Shown here piece after piece: positions 1 to 11,712 of a DNA stretch of 64,000 nt; within the stretch, counting starts at the first letter, position 1; the number at the start of each line of letters is the position of its first letter. The notes beneath the pieces are model-generated. The model had not been told where the DNA came from, ran no database searches, and saw only the letters and a program-made list of their open reading frames with translations. The DNA is from Utricularia gibba (taxonomy: Eukaryota; Plantae; Magnoliophyta). The stretch covers positions 4,216,001 through 4,280,000 of the forward strand of contig CM007991.1 of the NCBI GenBank assembly GCA_002189035.1, given 5' to 3'. Both the position numbers and the translations under genes were made by a program.

Positions 1-40
1 TAGTTGAGTTCCATATCGTAATATTTTTTTCATTGTGCAG

Positions 41-1285
41 GCTGATAGGAAGGCCTCATTTGAGAAGTTTAGAAGGTGGTGGAAAGGCGTCAATCTATTT
101 GAGAAGTCGTATATCTTTCTGCCAATCTGTGAAAGGTGAGTACGTTTTGGAAAAAATGTTTCAGTACCCGACTTTTGATGCCAACTGATGACTCATAGTG
201 GTTTAGAAGACATATAACTGAAATCCTCTTACCTTGTGGCTAGACAATGAAATGGGTGATATAGGTGTTACTGCAGAGACTCACATGAAACTACCTTAGT
301 TATGTATATCGTATGGCTCAAGTATTTTTTCTTGGCAGAGAGCACTGGAGCTTGGTCATTATTTGTATACCAAGTAAGGAATCTGAATCAGGACCTATCA
401 TACTTCACATGGATTCTTTAGAATACCATACGAGTGGGTCAATTTTCAGGGATGTCAAGAGGTAAGTCGATTACAGTGCATGAGCATGCTGCAAATTTTC
501 ATATGGTCAACACATCTTTTTTAGTATTTTAGATCCACCCACATGAGTAGTTACTATGACTGATTGTCATAGCAGTATGGTGTCCCTTAAGTTTACGTTA
601 TGTACAGGTTTTTCTATAGAAATAAGCAAGCGAGGTTCCATTCATAAAATTAGCCTACGAACATTCATCTAAAGCCAATATGATAACTGAGCGACTTCTA
701 GCTTGTTGTGCTTCTTAAATTACTTCACTGATTTTCGCATGTCGTCTTAGATAATATTACGTGTTGTTTATTTTCAGTTTTTTAATAGAAGAATGGGAAT
801 TCCTTAAACAAGAAGAATTTCCACCTGGGCATCCCATTGCAAACCATATCTGGGAGAAACTCTCACGAAGAATTGACGAGAAAGTAGTTAAGGTAAATGA
901 TTTTGCTATTCCTGCAGATAATTAACTACCAATCCAAACCATTCTATTACTGATTTCCTTTTGTTTCTGTGTGGTGGCGTTACCTTCCAGGTACCCCAGC
1001 AAGAAAATGTATATGACTGTGGCCTCTTTGTCCTCTACTTTCTCGAACTTTTCATTGAAGCAGCCCCTTCAAGACTGAAAAAGAAAGACTTGGACATGGT
1101 AATTCTTCTCTTTTGCATATTCCACTTCTGTTCTTTCTGCCACGTTTATATTTTTCACACCTTCCCATCCTCAGTTTGGTAGGCAATGGTTCAAACCTGA
1201 AGAGGCGTCCAGCTTAAGACATAGGATAAAGAAACTTTTGATAAAAGAATTCATTGCGCAAACGAAGGAGGAGCTTGTAAATTGA
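41..1285 (+). CDS. 3' part of a ULP1C/ULP1D (OTS1/OTS2-like) SUMO protease, peptidase C48; the gene continues off the left edge
   Basis: Five phase-consistent GT-AG exons (41-135, 339-461, 778-892, 991-1098, 1175-1285). They translate to ...FEKFRRWWKGVNLFEKSYIFLPICE-R-EHWSLVIICIP...ILHMDSL...VPQQENVYDCGLFVLYF...FGRQWFKPEEAS...*. The C48 His (HWSL), Asp (MDSL) and Cys (QQxNxxDCG) motifs are present. Confidence 0.9.
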
Positions 1286-1984
1286 AACTCCAACCGGATT
1301 CTGTGCCCAGGCAGCCGTTTTCCTTGGAATGGTTTCGGTTTCCAGGCATCATGATTTGCTTGCTGTACAGTTCGCTGATTTGAGAATAGGGATGCGAACT
1401 TGGAAGTTGGACTATTTCATAACACGCCTCCTCAAGGGACGGAGATGGTTCTGCGGCAACTTCAGAATGTCATCATGTGCATTGAATTTTGGTTGCAAAG
1501 ATTTTGCATCACCCGGCGACTCTGTAGTAAAACTTTGAGGAGCACCGACGTGAAGATTTTCTAGATATCATCAACGAAACATGGCCCCGAGCAGGCCGCC
1601 CCATCACCTCTGCTACGCCCAGGGAAAACATTGCATCCGGATTCTGATTGGATGTCGCCAGGAATTCGGTCATTTATCATCGTATAGCCTCTTTGGTTTT
1701 TCCATTCGATGTCCCTCTCCAGTCTCCACTGGAATTGGAAGATATTTTTTTGGTATAACAACAACACACCTATGAGTTCTCATGTTACAGAGTCGGTCTC
1801 TAAAAAGCAAAAACAATCTGGCAACTTAAACTATGAAAAACCAGCACAGGCATCATCATTCTTTCAGGACACAAATCCGCCTGGAAACTCAGAAACCTTC
1901 TTGCCCAATATCCATGGGGTGGTAATCCAGGCTCCAGTGTAGACTGAGGTTGCCTGCTTGCTTCTCTTTTTACCAAAAGGTCGG

Positions 1985-3822
1985 TTAGTCCCTGGAAAAG
2001 AAAAAGGAACACATTAACTTTGTTACACAAGGGGAAGTACAATATGCAACAACGATAAGATTTCAAGATGTGTGGATTCACACCAGTATTTGATCAATCC
2101 ATCCCAACCACATGTAGCCACTTTGCTTTGCTCCAGAGGATGCCATTCACAACCAATGCAAACTCCATTATGGCACCTGATGGTCCGAAAGACTTTGCAG
2201 CTCTTCCAGTCCCAAAACCAGCACCTCCCCTCACCATCCCCAGACATAACGAACCGGCCATCGGGAGAGAAGTTTACTTGGCATGCATAGCCAGCCACAA
2301 CATGTCCAGCAAACCTCTTCTTTTTGTTCAGCTGGAATCTCTCTCTGGTGCCATAGATCAGTATTTGATTATCCAAACTCTGACAAGCAAGCCAATTTGA
2401 ATTTGGGTGGAGGGCAATTGAGGGCATGGAATGCATATGGGGCTCACTGATATATTTAATAACCACTGGGATGCCAAACTCCCATACGCGAAGCGATTTA
2501 TCATCACTTGAAGTGACAAACCTCCTGTTATCATCCACAAAAGTTATGGTATTGACTGCCCCTAGATGCTGATCATACTCCTGTGTGATTTGCCCTGTGT
2601 TTATATCCCACTGGACAATCTTCTTATCACTCATGCCAGCTAACAACACGTTCTGCTTATCTTCATCTGGATTAAGCCTCACCACATACGGAACCTTTCC
2701 AGTCGAAAAGGTGGATATCACCTTCCCTGTCTCGGTATCCCAATACTTGATATTCTTATCGTATCCAGCGCTCAAGAACTTGGCTCCATCATTGCTAAAC
2801 CATATGTCTCGGACTGCCTTTGAATGCCCCATGTAAGTTTGCATGCACTTTCCAGTATTGAACACATCCCAAATTTTCACCTTCGTGTCCATCCCCGCTG
2901 ACAATATCAAATGGCCATGCTTAGGGAAGAATCTGATGGCTGAAACCCCTTTGGTGTGTCCACTCCAAGTGTGCATTAATCTCTTCGGTATGTAACAGTG
3001 ATCATTGTTTGCCTTGGCATCCTTGGGCGCAGCAATCCAGGACCTACCCTGATAATCTTTATCCTCTTTTCCGTGGAAAACAGACCTATCAGCATGCCCT
3101 TCCCCTTTCTCTTTTTCCCCTTCTTTCTCCGCCTTCTTCTTCGCATGCTCTTCTGCATACTTCTTCTGTTCCTCCGTTAACTCTTCCTGCAGCCAATCTT
3201 TCTTACCTGACCAAGGGCTCTTCCTGTTCTTCATCAACCATATATCAGTTGCTGGATTATCCAACTCGTCTGCATCCACCTGATCAACTCCCTCCTTCTC
3301 TTCCAACATTTTCATCTTCTTCTCCAATTTTCTCTTCTTCTGCTCATGTTGAGGTATGTTGTAGACAGAAATCCCATCGTTCTTCTGAAAACCTTCAACA
3401 TCACCTATATAGCTGTTCTCCGCAGGATCAGCTGCGTACCCAAACTTGTAAAAGGTATTGTACTGTTCGTCGAATGCAAAAGGCTCTATATTAGCATTCT
3501 CCACAAAACCCAGCTTGTGATTGCGATGTCCCTGAGCAAGACCGTCCTTTGCGTAAGGATGAGAAGGACCAACAATTGGCGCCCAAAGCTGGTCATACGT
3601 AGGGTTGAACGACACGAGATGCTGGTTAGGGTCAATGGGTTTCTCGATCAATGACTGAGCCTGCCCCGCGACGGTGAGCGATAGCATAGTGTCGTCGACT
3701 TTCGGCGCAGCGGATCTCGTCGGGAACGCCGTCCGCGACGGAGGCGATGAATCCGGCGAAGATGGCTCCGAATGACTTCGGCCGCCATCCAGATCCTCTC
3801 TGTAGGATTGAATGAGATCCAT
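1985..3822 (-). CDS. CDC40: Pre-mRNA-processing factor 17 (CDC40/PRP17), WD40-repeat step-II splicing factor
   Basis: The long ORF has a PRP17-type N-terminus ([18 protein letters not shown]) and WD40 repeats ([17 protein letters not shown] ... WDGLIKYW). Exon 1 is 3822-2084, followed by a 92-nt GT-AG intron (2083-1992) and a 7-nt last exon (1991-1985). This gives the conserved ...KYWD* end. Confidence 0.95.
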
Positions 3823-4355
3823 ATCAGGGCTATTTCGATTTCCTAGGGTTTAAAGTTCAAACTTATCTGTAGCAGAAATACAAATACATGAAAGTATTGG
3901 GCATCACCGCAATAAATATAAATTGTGTGCGAATTCATTTAACTTGTAATATCTAATTTAATTATTTATGCATTTCCATGTTTCATACTTTAAATTTATA
4001 CAATTTAAATTATTTTGTAATAACTTACCATCTTATTACATGATGTTGTATGTTTAAAGTATCCAAACCTCGCAATCTTACGTTTTTTATTTTTTAAGAA
4101 AATATTTTATATAAAATTAAAAATATTATTTTATTTAAACAATCTTCTATCGTCCGTAATTAATATAAAATACCATTATAAGGTTCTTTATTTTATATAT
4201 TTAATTTATTTAAACTATGAAACAAGCACTTATTTGTAATAGTATTTTTGATAGATAACTTGTGATTATTTGGTTTTAAATTTTGAAATTTAATTGAATT
4301 AAATTTCATACAAATAAAAATTTATTAATAATCAATACATAAAACAAACTGAAAG

Positions 4356-4604
4356 TCACCCTTGTAGAACTGAAGTCATCCATCTGATGAGGCTGAACTT
4401 TCTGTGCTTGGTTTGAATGAACTCCTCAGCCTGAGCGTCAATGCTCTCCTTCTCATCACCATTCTCACATTCCTCCTTACCACGGGAAGCTCCCTCGGCG
4501 GCCTCCCTTTGATCCTTCTGAACACCGTGAGCCATGTGTTCCTTCTCATAAAGCTCATATGCATCTGGAGCTCGCTGTCGCCGGTTGCTGCTTCGTTTTC
4601 CCAT
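4356..4604 (-). CDS. Small (82 aa) DUF761/cotton-fibre-expressed-like protein
   Basis: ATG-initiated intronless ORF. The C-terminal IDAQAEEFIQTKHRKFSLIRWM resembles the DxxAEEFI motif of the DUF761 family (recalled, not searched). A CTATAAAT TATA-like box lies about 45 nt upstream on the same strand. Confidence 0.55.
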   Translation of the reverse strand: MGKRSSNRRQRAPDAYELYEKEHMAHGVQKDQREAAEGASRGKEECENGDEKESIDAQAEEFIQTKHRKFSLIRWMTSVLQG

Positions 4605-4644
4605 CTCTGATGATGCTGAAGGGAATGGTTGGCGCTGTAGGAGG

Positions 4645-4652
4645 ATTTATAG
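4645..4652 (-). promoter_or_regulatory. TATA box of the small DUF761-like ORF
   Basis: The minus strand reads CCTATAAATCC, 41-48 nt upstream of the ATG at 4604. Confidence 0.5.
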
Positions 4653-4925
4653 GCTCATGGGAATCTGATTCCTTGTTTGACAGCCGCAGAGGTTCATCTG
4701 GTGCAGCATAGGACTAAACGTGCCTTTGTCAAAGCAGACTTCTCTATATTTGGCACATGGTTTTAATGGTGGATGGGCATGGAACCTTCTCAGAAGCTAA
4801 TCCTGAATATGCTTCTTCCCAAATACGGAATTAAACATGGTTTTCACATGAAGATTAAGAACAGGTCAAAGTCCGGGCGTGATCGCTTTGAGAGATTCCC
4901 AAGGAATCAGAGCTAACTGCTCCGC

Positions 4926-6692
4926 TCATCTGCTCTCTCTTAAACAATTACCAGGAAGAAGGAATTTGTATTCTTCTGCATTCTCCAGAAGATAAGAAGG
5001 AAGATGGACAGCTGAGTATGAACTTGGTATAGGCCCAATTCTCCTGATGATATCCCTGAAAGTGTATTCTTTCGGTAGCATTGAAAACAAATCCTCACCA
5101 CTGCAGATGACTCGCTGCACCCATTTCCAGTTCAAAGTACGAGAGAACTGTGATCTGCCGAAGTGACTGAGAGCTTTCATCTTGAATATGAACTCACTTA
5201 TGTGTCTGAAGCAAAAGCTACAATGCCATCCACCGTCAGCCAACAGTTGATCGGACTGTCTGTAGCGCGCATGTTTCGTCATCCCAGATTCATATATCTG
5301 AACCGAAGCCCTCCAGCTGTTGTCATCAACTAGATACTCGAAGGAATAGAGATAGTTCCTCAATCGAAGGTGGAGTATTCTTGGTATTCCATTGCACCAT
5401 CTTAAGAGATTCATTGTGTGCCCACTCGGCAGCTCATTGACATCCGAGATTATCAGGAGGTCACCATCCTGTATACCAGCTCGCTTCAAGAGATGATCAA
5501 GTGCAAGTCTCTGATATGCTTCCTCTACTGAAGGGTTTTCACCCTTCCTGAATCTCCCTGGAACTTGTCCATAGGTTAACCGGGCATCAACAAACTTGAA
5601 CTGATCACGGACAGAAGCGAACACAAAAGGTTTTGACAACCCTGTGAAAGTAGAGTTCGATTCAAGTAGAACAAACTCAGAAACATAAGGATCCAATTCT
5701 TTCCATCTGATCTTCAGTAGATCCACCTCATTACTGAACAAAACTGCATCAAAAACACGTCTCGGATAATCCCGAATCACCCAGCCATGAAGCTTACACA
5801 GATTCTCCATCGAAACATTCTCATTATAATAATGAGGAATTTCATTGAAAGGCTTGGGAGAAGATTCCCATAAAGGCCGCAAAATGTAGGAGACCTTATG
5901 GCCATGGGAGCATATAACAATGACACAGACTGGGACAAACATGAATAGAAACAGCAAGGCCTTCACATCCATGCCCAGGGCTATACATCTTAACTTCAGC
6001 ATACCCCTCATTTGCCCTGAGCCCTACGTAATAGAAACATCATGAAGTGAAGGACAAAGGGAATAATGAATCACAAGCGGGACACATGTACAGGACTAAG
6101 CATTTGGAGTACAGCTGCAAACTGATACACACTCTAAAATTTACAAAGCCATAGCTGTAGAATAAACACAACAGATAGGGGTGAATGGGTGCTAGAGCAT
6201 AGAGTAAGCAAACACCGTAGGGAAAAATTTGCAAATCTATTTATCCCGTCTGTTTTTCTTAACTTCTGCTATTAAACCCCTAGTTGAGCTCATGATTTTC
6301 ATTTTTGTTGAATAAGAGAAACCAGTAAGGCGACACAGATAGAAATTACAGACTTTTCCTTCCAATTTCTCAACAAACACCAAATCGCTATCCTACACAA
6401 CACCAAGAGATGCATACCCTGTTCTTCAATACCATTCAGAGGAAAAAAATATAAACAACTGGAACCACTGGAAAACAAGTATTTTCTTTCCAATCCACCA
6501 AGACAACATGTATTAGACGATTTTCCTCTACAGTAGTAAAGCTCAAGAGAGAAGCCCATACGCTAGACCAAAGAGACTGTTTACCTTTCCTGGGTAACCT
6601 GCGCATGCATCATCAGTCTTCTTGGAACAATTAAGAGATCCCTCTTCTGCCCTCGAACAAACCTTACCAAAGAATCTCGATAGACAGCACAT
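4926..6692 (-). CDS. GT17 beta-1,4-mannosyl-glycoprotein 4-beta-N-acetylglucosaminyltransferase-like (MGAT3-like) protein
   Basis: Two exons. Exon 1 (6692-6585) reads MCCLSRFFGKVCSRAEEGSLNCSKKTDDACAGYPGK and has the family's CSKKTDD motif and an AAG|GTAAAC donor. Exon 2 (6023-4926, after a TAG acceptor, phase 0) has a TM helix, LRPLWESSPKPF, RRVFDAVLFSNE, EEAYQR, GWHCSFCF and LLPGNCLRES. Confidence 0.92.
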
Positions 6693-7243
6693 CTCCCATC
6701 AACTACACGCAAACCCAGATTAAAACGCAATCATCAACCCAATTCCAACACCCAGCTCCTCCAACGATACCACAACACCTTCTACTCAAAATATCCTCCG
6801 CCAAATAGGGAAGGAAGAAAAAGTATAGAAAGGTCGATGTGGGGAGTCGAGAGTAGGCCCCCTCCTGGCAAACTGAGAGCGAAGCGGTTGTAAAGTTGAG
6901 AAAAGAGAGCCGTTACATCCCTTTAGCATCTCCTACGCCCACCAATTGTTTTAAAATAATGGATTCAATATCAATTTATCATTTTTTTCCAAAAAAAATT
7001 GTATCTAATAATTTAATAAAAAATTTTGAAGATGTCAAATCTCGAGTCTAGATAATCATTGTTATTTTTTTAATAGTTTATATTTTATGATAAATATAAT
7101 TACAAATTAAATTTTCAACACCTACACACGCGGAGGAGTTGAGTTCCTCTCACGGCTCACCAACGGAAGGAATATATATGATTAAATTTAGAAATTTTTT
7201 TTTCTGTTTTTGCACAAAAATATTTTGGTAATTAAAATAAGAC

Positions 7244-7900
7244 AATTTTAGGGTATTGCAAAATCCCCAGCTGAGTTTGTGTAGGATTGTCAAAATCCCC
7301 AGTTGACATAATTACGAAATCTTGGACAAAAATGATCCCTAGTATGAGATATTTGGACAGAAAGTCAACCTTTCTTTCACTACATGCAGATGCCCATAGA
7401 CAGAAAATCACACTTGAATTGGCTTCTCTCCCCTGCACCGATTTCCGCAGCTACTCCCCCCTCATGTTTTTCTTTTTTTGCCTTGTCACATGTAAACTTG
7501 CCTATTCTATCTATCTATCTATTTTGGCTTCCTCAGCTAGTGATTTAAAATAATAATAATTATTTTTCAATATTAATTGAAGTTGTGTATTTTCCTAAAT
7601 TATCCCTCCCATGCTCCATTTGCCACGCGCCGCCGTGGGAGTTTGCCCAACCATCCAACCTGCATAGAGTTGCCTCAAATGAAATTGGGTTATTTTGATA
7701 TTAATTATCTTCATTTAGAGGAGTTTGACAAGATGATTACAAATAGGTGTCGTATCATGAATTTTGGGCACATCGGGCATTTTAGCAAAATACCTCTACA
7801 AAAAATTAGTTTGATAAATACACTTATTTTCAAAAGTTTTTGACGAATACTCGGTTTTTATTTATATATTTTTTAAATACCCCTGTTTTGATAATTTAAA
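7244..7900. mobile_element. Possible Mutator-like (MULE) terminal-repeat remnants
   Basis: CAAAATCCCCAG occurs twice about 30 bp apart near 7260-7300. GGGCATTTTAGCAAAATACCTC at about 7775 is followed by AAATAC sub-repeats. These resemble MULE TIR starts, but I found no matching opposite TIR. Confidence 0.25.
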
Positions 7901-9759
7901 TTAACAAGAAATAGCCTTTTAAATAATACATTGTTTTTAATTTTATATTTTCAAATTAATTTTTTAGTACAATCACAAAAGTATTTTTTAAACAACTTCA
8001 TTAAAAATAGTTTTTTTTTTGTTTTTTTATATTTTTAATATACTAAATAATATCAAAATTATATATTTTTAAATAATATATTGATGGGATCTGAATGGCA
8101 CTTGATTAACCGACTACTGAAAAGTAGACAATAGGTATTATGACACCCCGACGCAGGCGACAAACCGATAATCGTCAGATTTTTTTCAGAAGCAGTCGTT
8201 TTGGACAGATCGGAAAGTAGCCGAATTACGATAATGGCAGAGTAGTCGACGGTTATCCGGGGGCAGAATCGCAGTACGTTCAACAAGCGCAGCAAGCAGC
8301 CAACGCTTCCAGAATCCAAAATTCGGTCAAGTTCATCTCACCTATAAATGCGAGAAACATTGTAGCGAAAAGGGTTGGACTCGAAACCCTCCAACTTGTA
8401 TCTTCTCCCCCATCTCCGTATCTTCCAGCAAGCTACAGTTTCGTGGTTTTTCCATTTTCCAACAGTTTCCATGTAAAAATCTCCGCCTACCTTCATTTCT
8501 GCCAACCAAACTGAGTGAAACATACTTTGTTTGATGTTCTTAATTTTTCTATTTTCATGAAAAAAGATCTATTTTTTTTTAAAATCTAATCTTTTAATTT
8601 CATTCTCTTTCAATATCTTTATTGATGTTTTTTGGAAGTACTGACATTGTTTTTAAATTTCACATAAGCAATTCCAGAAGTACTTTAAGAATGTGGATAT
8701 AGTTAATTTCTTCATTATTGCTGATTTTGGGATTGAAAAATATGTGTTTGATTTTTTCTAAAACCTTAAAATTGGTTTATTTATTTATATAAGTTGTGTT
8801 GTGGAGGGATATTATTGCTATTTTTTTATTGGAAGTCATTATATTGTTTCTAATTAATAAATTGGGTGTTGTTTAGTAATTCGTCAAGTATATGATGTTT
8901 GTTTGTTAAAAAAAAAATTTTAAACAATTGTAAATGATGTAAAATACTCAAAAATCATCTCATTTATTTCCTTATATTGTTCCAAGAATAATTTTCTAAA
9001 TATAATGTCTACTTTACAATTTTCTTTTTTTTAACATCAATTTGATGTCAAAACTCCTTTAGTATTTCGATTATTAATTTATTGATCTGAATTTTTTTAT
9101 ATGGAACTAAATTAATTTATTTATTTGAATCTTTTTTTATGAAAATGTGTTGCAACTACAATATTATTAGTTTTCTTCTATCCTGTATTTAGAAAATGTG
9201 TAGTATTGGAGATTTCTTTAATATATTTATTGTTTTTTTTTTATTTATGTGTGGATAGTTTAAAATTATGAAGTTATTTTTAGTTTTTAATTAATTATGA
9301 AGATATTTTTTAGTCAAATAAATTTTTAAAAAAACATATAAATGGATCTTTTATAATCTTATCTTATTTTTCATTTTATATGTTTATGGCTTTCATGATG
9401 TTGTAAATGGATTTAAATTTTTAAATTACTTTTTTCAATCATTTACATAAATAACTAATTTACAGTTATCGATTTTTTTATCTATCATACATACATTACC
9501 TATTAAAGTATTTTTTTCAATCATATTTAGTATATCTTTCAGAATAATACATTAACTAAAGGACTTCTATATATAACACCTATCATAACTTTTTTCAGTC
9601 AAAGCTACCTTATATATAACTTATATCTCATAACTTATATCATAACACAACTTGGACAATATTTCATATCAAAATACTTGTTTCAATTCAAATGATATTT
9701 CATTCGTTATGTCTAGACATAATAATTTAATTATTAATGTTGTTGAAGCTGCTGTTGAG

Positions 9760-10695
9760 TATTTATTAGTAGATCCAAATCCATCCAAAAGTCAAATAGG
9801 AAAGCACACATATATTGATTATGATTGTGAACTTGGAAATGCTCATTTGGTAGCATATTACTTCTACATTAATGCTACATACAATCATCAAAATCTTTCT
9901 GCATCGTTTTAGAATGTATCATTGTTTATTTGAACATATTATATGTAATGTTCAGGAAGTAGAATCATATTTATGAGATGATTCCTAAGTATGCTCAAAA
10001 GTATAGATTATATGCATTGAGCGTGAAAGAATTGTCTGATGGCTTGGAAAGGTCAATATATGCATGGACATGGTTTATCTAGTATCTTAGAGTCAATAGC
10101 TTTAAAATATACTTTAATATGATATTCTTTATTTGAAACTTTTAGTTCTAATAATGATTTTAATATTTTATTCCATTCACCTTTATTTAATAACTTGCAT
10201 GGAGGTGTTCCCCCTTCAATTAAATTCTTTGTGAATAAAAAAAAATATAACATGAGATACTATTTAGTTAATGATATTTATCATAAATGACCCATTTATA
10301 TGAAAACTATCACTCTTCCATAAAATCTAAAAATATGATTATTTGTTACTTGTTAAGGAGTGCTAATATAGATGTAGAAAGAACATTTGGAATGCTTCAA
10401 GCAAAATTTGAGATTATTTACTCATAAGCTCAATTAGAATACCATTAGACACTTGTTAATATTATGTATAGCATAATAGTTTTACAAAGTATGATAGTGG
10501 AAGAACCTAGCGAAGATGGGTAGTCAAATCTTGGAGATGATAATCAAGTAAATATTGAACAAATATCCAATCTTTTGAAATAAAATGTTCCTGCTTTTGA
10601 ACACTACATTGGCAAACATATAAAATCATGAGAAAAAACATTTCATAGATGACTTAAGGTTGACTTGATCAATTACATTTGAGCTAAATTTGATT
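9760..10695 (+). pseudogene. Decayed PIF/Harbinger transposase (DDE nuclease)
   Basis: Motifs appear in family order: DCELGNAHLVAYYF (RDREEGHxRLVxDYF-like), WKGQY...ILESIA, NNDFNILFHSPLFNNL...FVN...YNMRYYLVNDIY, DVERTFGMLQAKF, then a CIILHNMIVE-like stretch and a DLIxHIW-like end. There are several stops and frameshifts. A TIR-like GTGGATGTTCT followed by TAA sits at 10937-10950. Confidence 0.82.
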
Positions 10696-11460
10696 ATTTT
10701 AAAATTTCTTGTATTAAGTAGTTTCTTGTGTTGAATTGTTATTGTACTTTCAAATAATAAATAATGAATTTAATTAATTTAGAAATAGACAAATATTAAT
10801 TATTAAAAATCAAATGTCTAGATAAAAATTTAGAATTGAATTGAAGTATGATATGCAATATTTAAAGTTAAATTTTAATTAATGTAAATATGACATGAAA
10901 GAGAAGATGATACACAAAAAATGGTTGATTAGAAATGTGGATGTTCTTAATTAATGATGACCTGACACACCTTATTTCGATACTTTTGATTCATCTTTTC
11001 ACAAAATGCAATTGTTTCTCCTTGTTGTCATCTTAAATCAAAGTTGTTAGTTGTATTTTTTTTTTCTCAAAATATGTTTTAATTTTCTTGATATTAAATG
11101 TAAAAATAAGTAATTTCTATCAAAATAGTTGATTTTAAAAAATGTGAATATGCTTTATAAAATATGTATCATATATATGATAATAAATTTATAATTATAT
11201 TTATATAAAATATTATCATATTAATTTTTTTTCATAAGAAATTGAAAAATATTATCAAAATCTTCATAGTTCAAAAAATAATTTTTTATATACCGACACT
11301 TAAATATTTATAATAAACCAAAATGAACGTATATGGTGTCTAATTTGGGCTTCACAAATGAACCGAAAACCCAGGGTATCTGAGCCTGGGTGGGCACTGG
11401 GCTAGCCGTTGACGAAGGGGGGAGGAGTGGGCCCAGTTATTGGAAGGCCTTGAAACATAG

Positions 11461-11492
11461 CGCACGTGGGATGCGGAGATCCCCGCACGTGG
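11461..11492. promoter_or_regulatory. Paired G-boxes (CGCACGTGG x2)
   Basis: Identical 9-mers containing CACGTG at 11461-11469 and 11484-11492, inside a GC-rich island in AT-rich DNA. Confidence 0.4.
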
Positions 11493-11561
11493 AAATATCG
11501 AACCATAAAGACAAATTACTAATCATTTTATTAAAAGCTTTTAGACGTTCTATACAACTAA

Positions 11562-11712
11562 GCTCTCTTTGGAACAGCTTCTGAAAAATTAAAAAGCTTA
11601 GATTTTTCAGTTTATTAAAAATAATAAATATTTATAATTTTTTAAATTTTTTGAAGCATAAGTCATTTATATCTAGTAACAAAATTGAGTTTGAAACGTT
11701 TCAAACAGGGAT
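11562..11712. mobile_element. Tourist-like MITE (PIF/Harbinger non-autonomous)
   Basis: About 150 bp, AT-rich. Imperfect termini GCTCTCTTTGGAAC ... GTTTCAAACAGGGAT, flanked by TAA on both sides (11559-11561 and 11713-11715). Confidence 0.4.
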
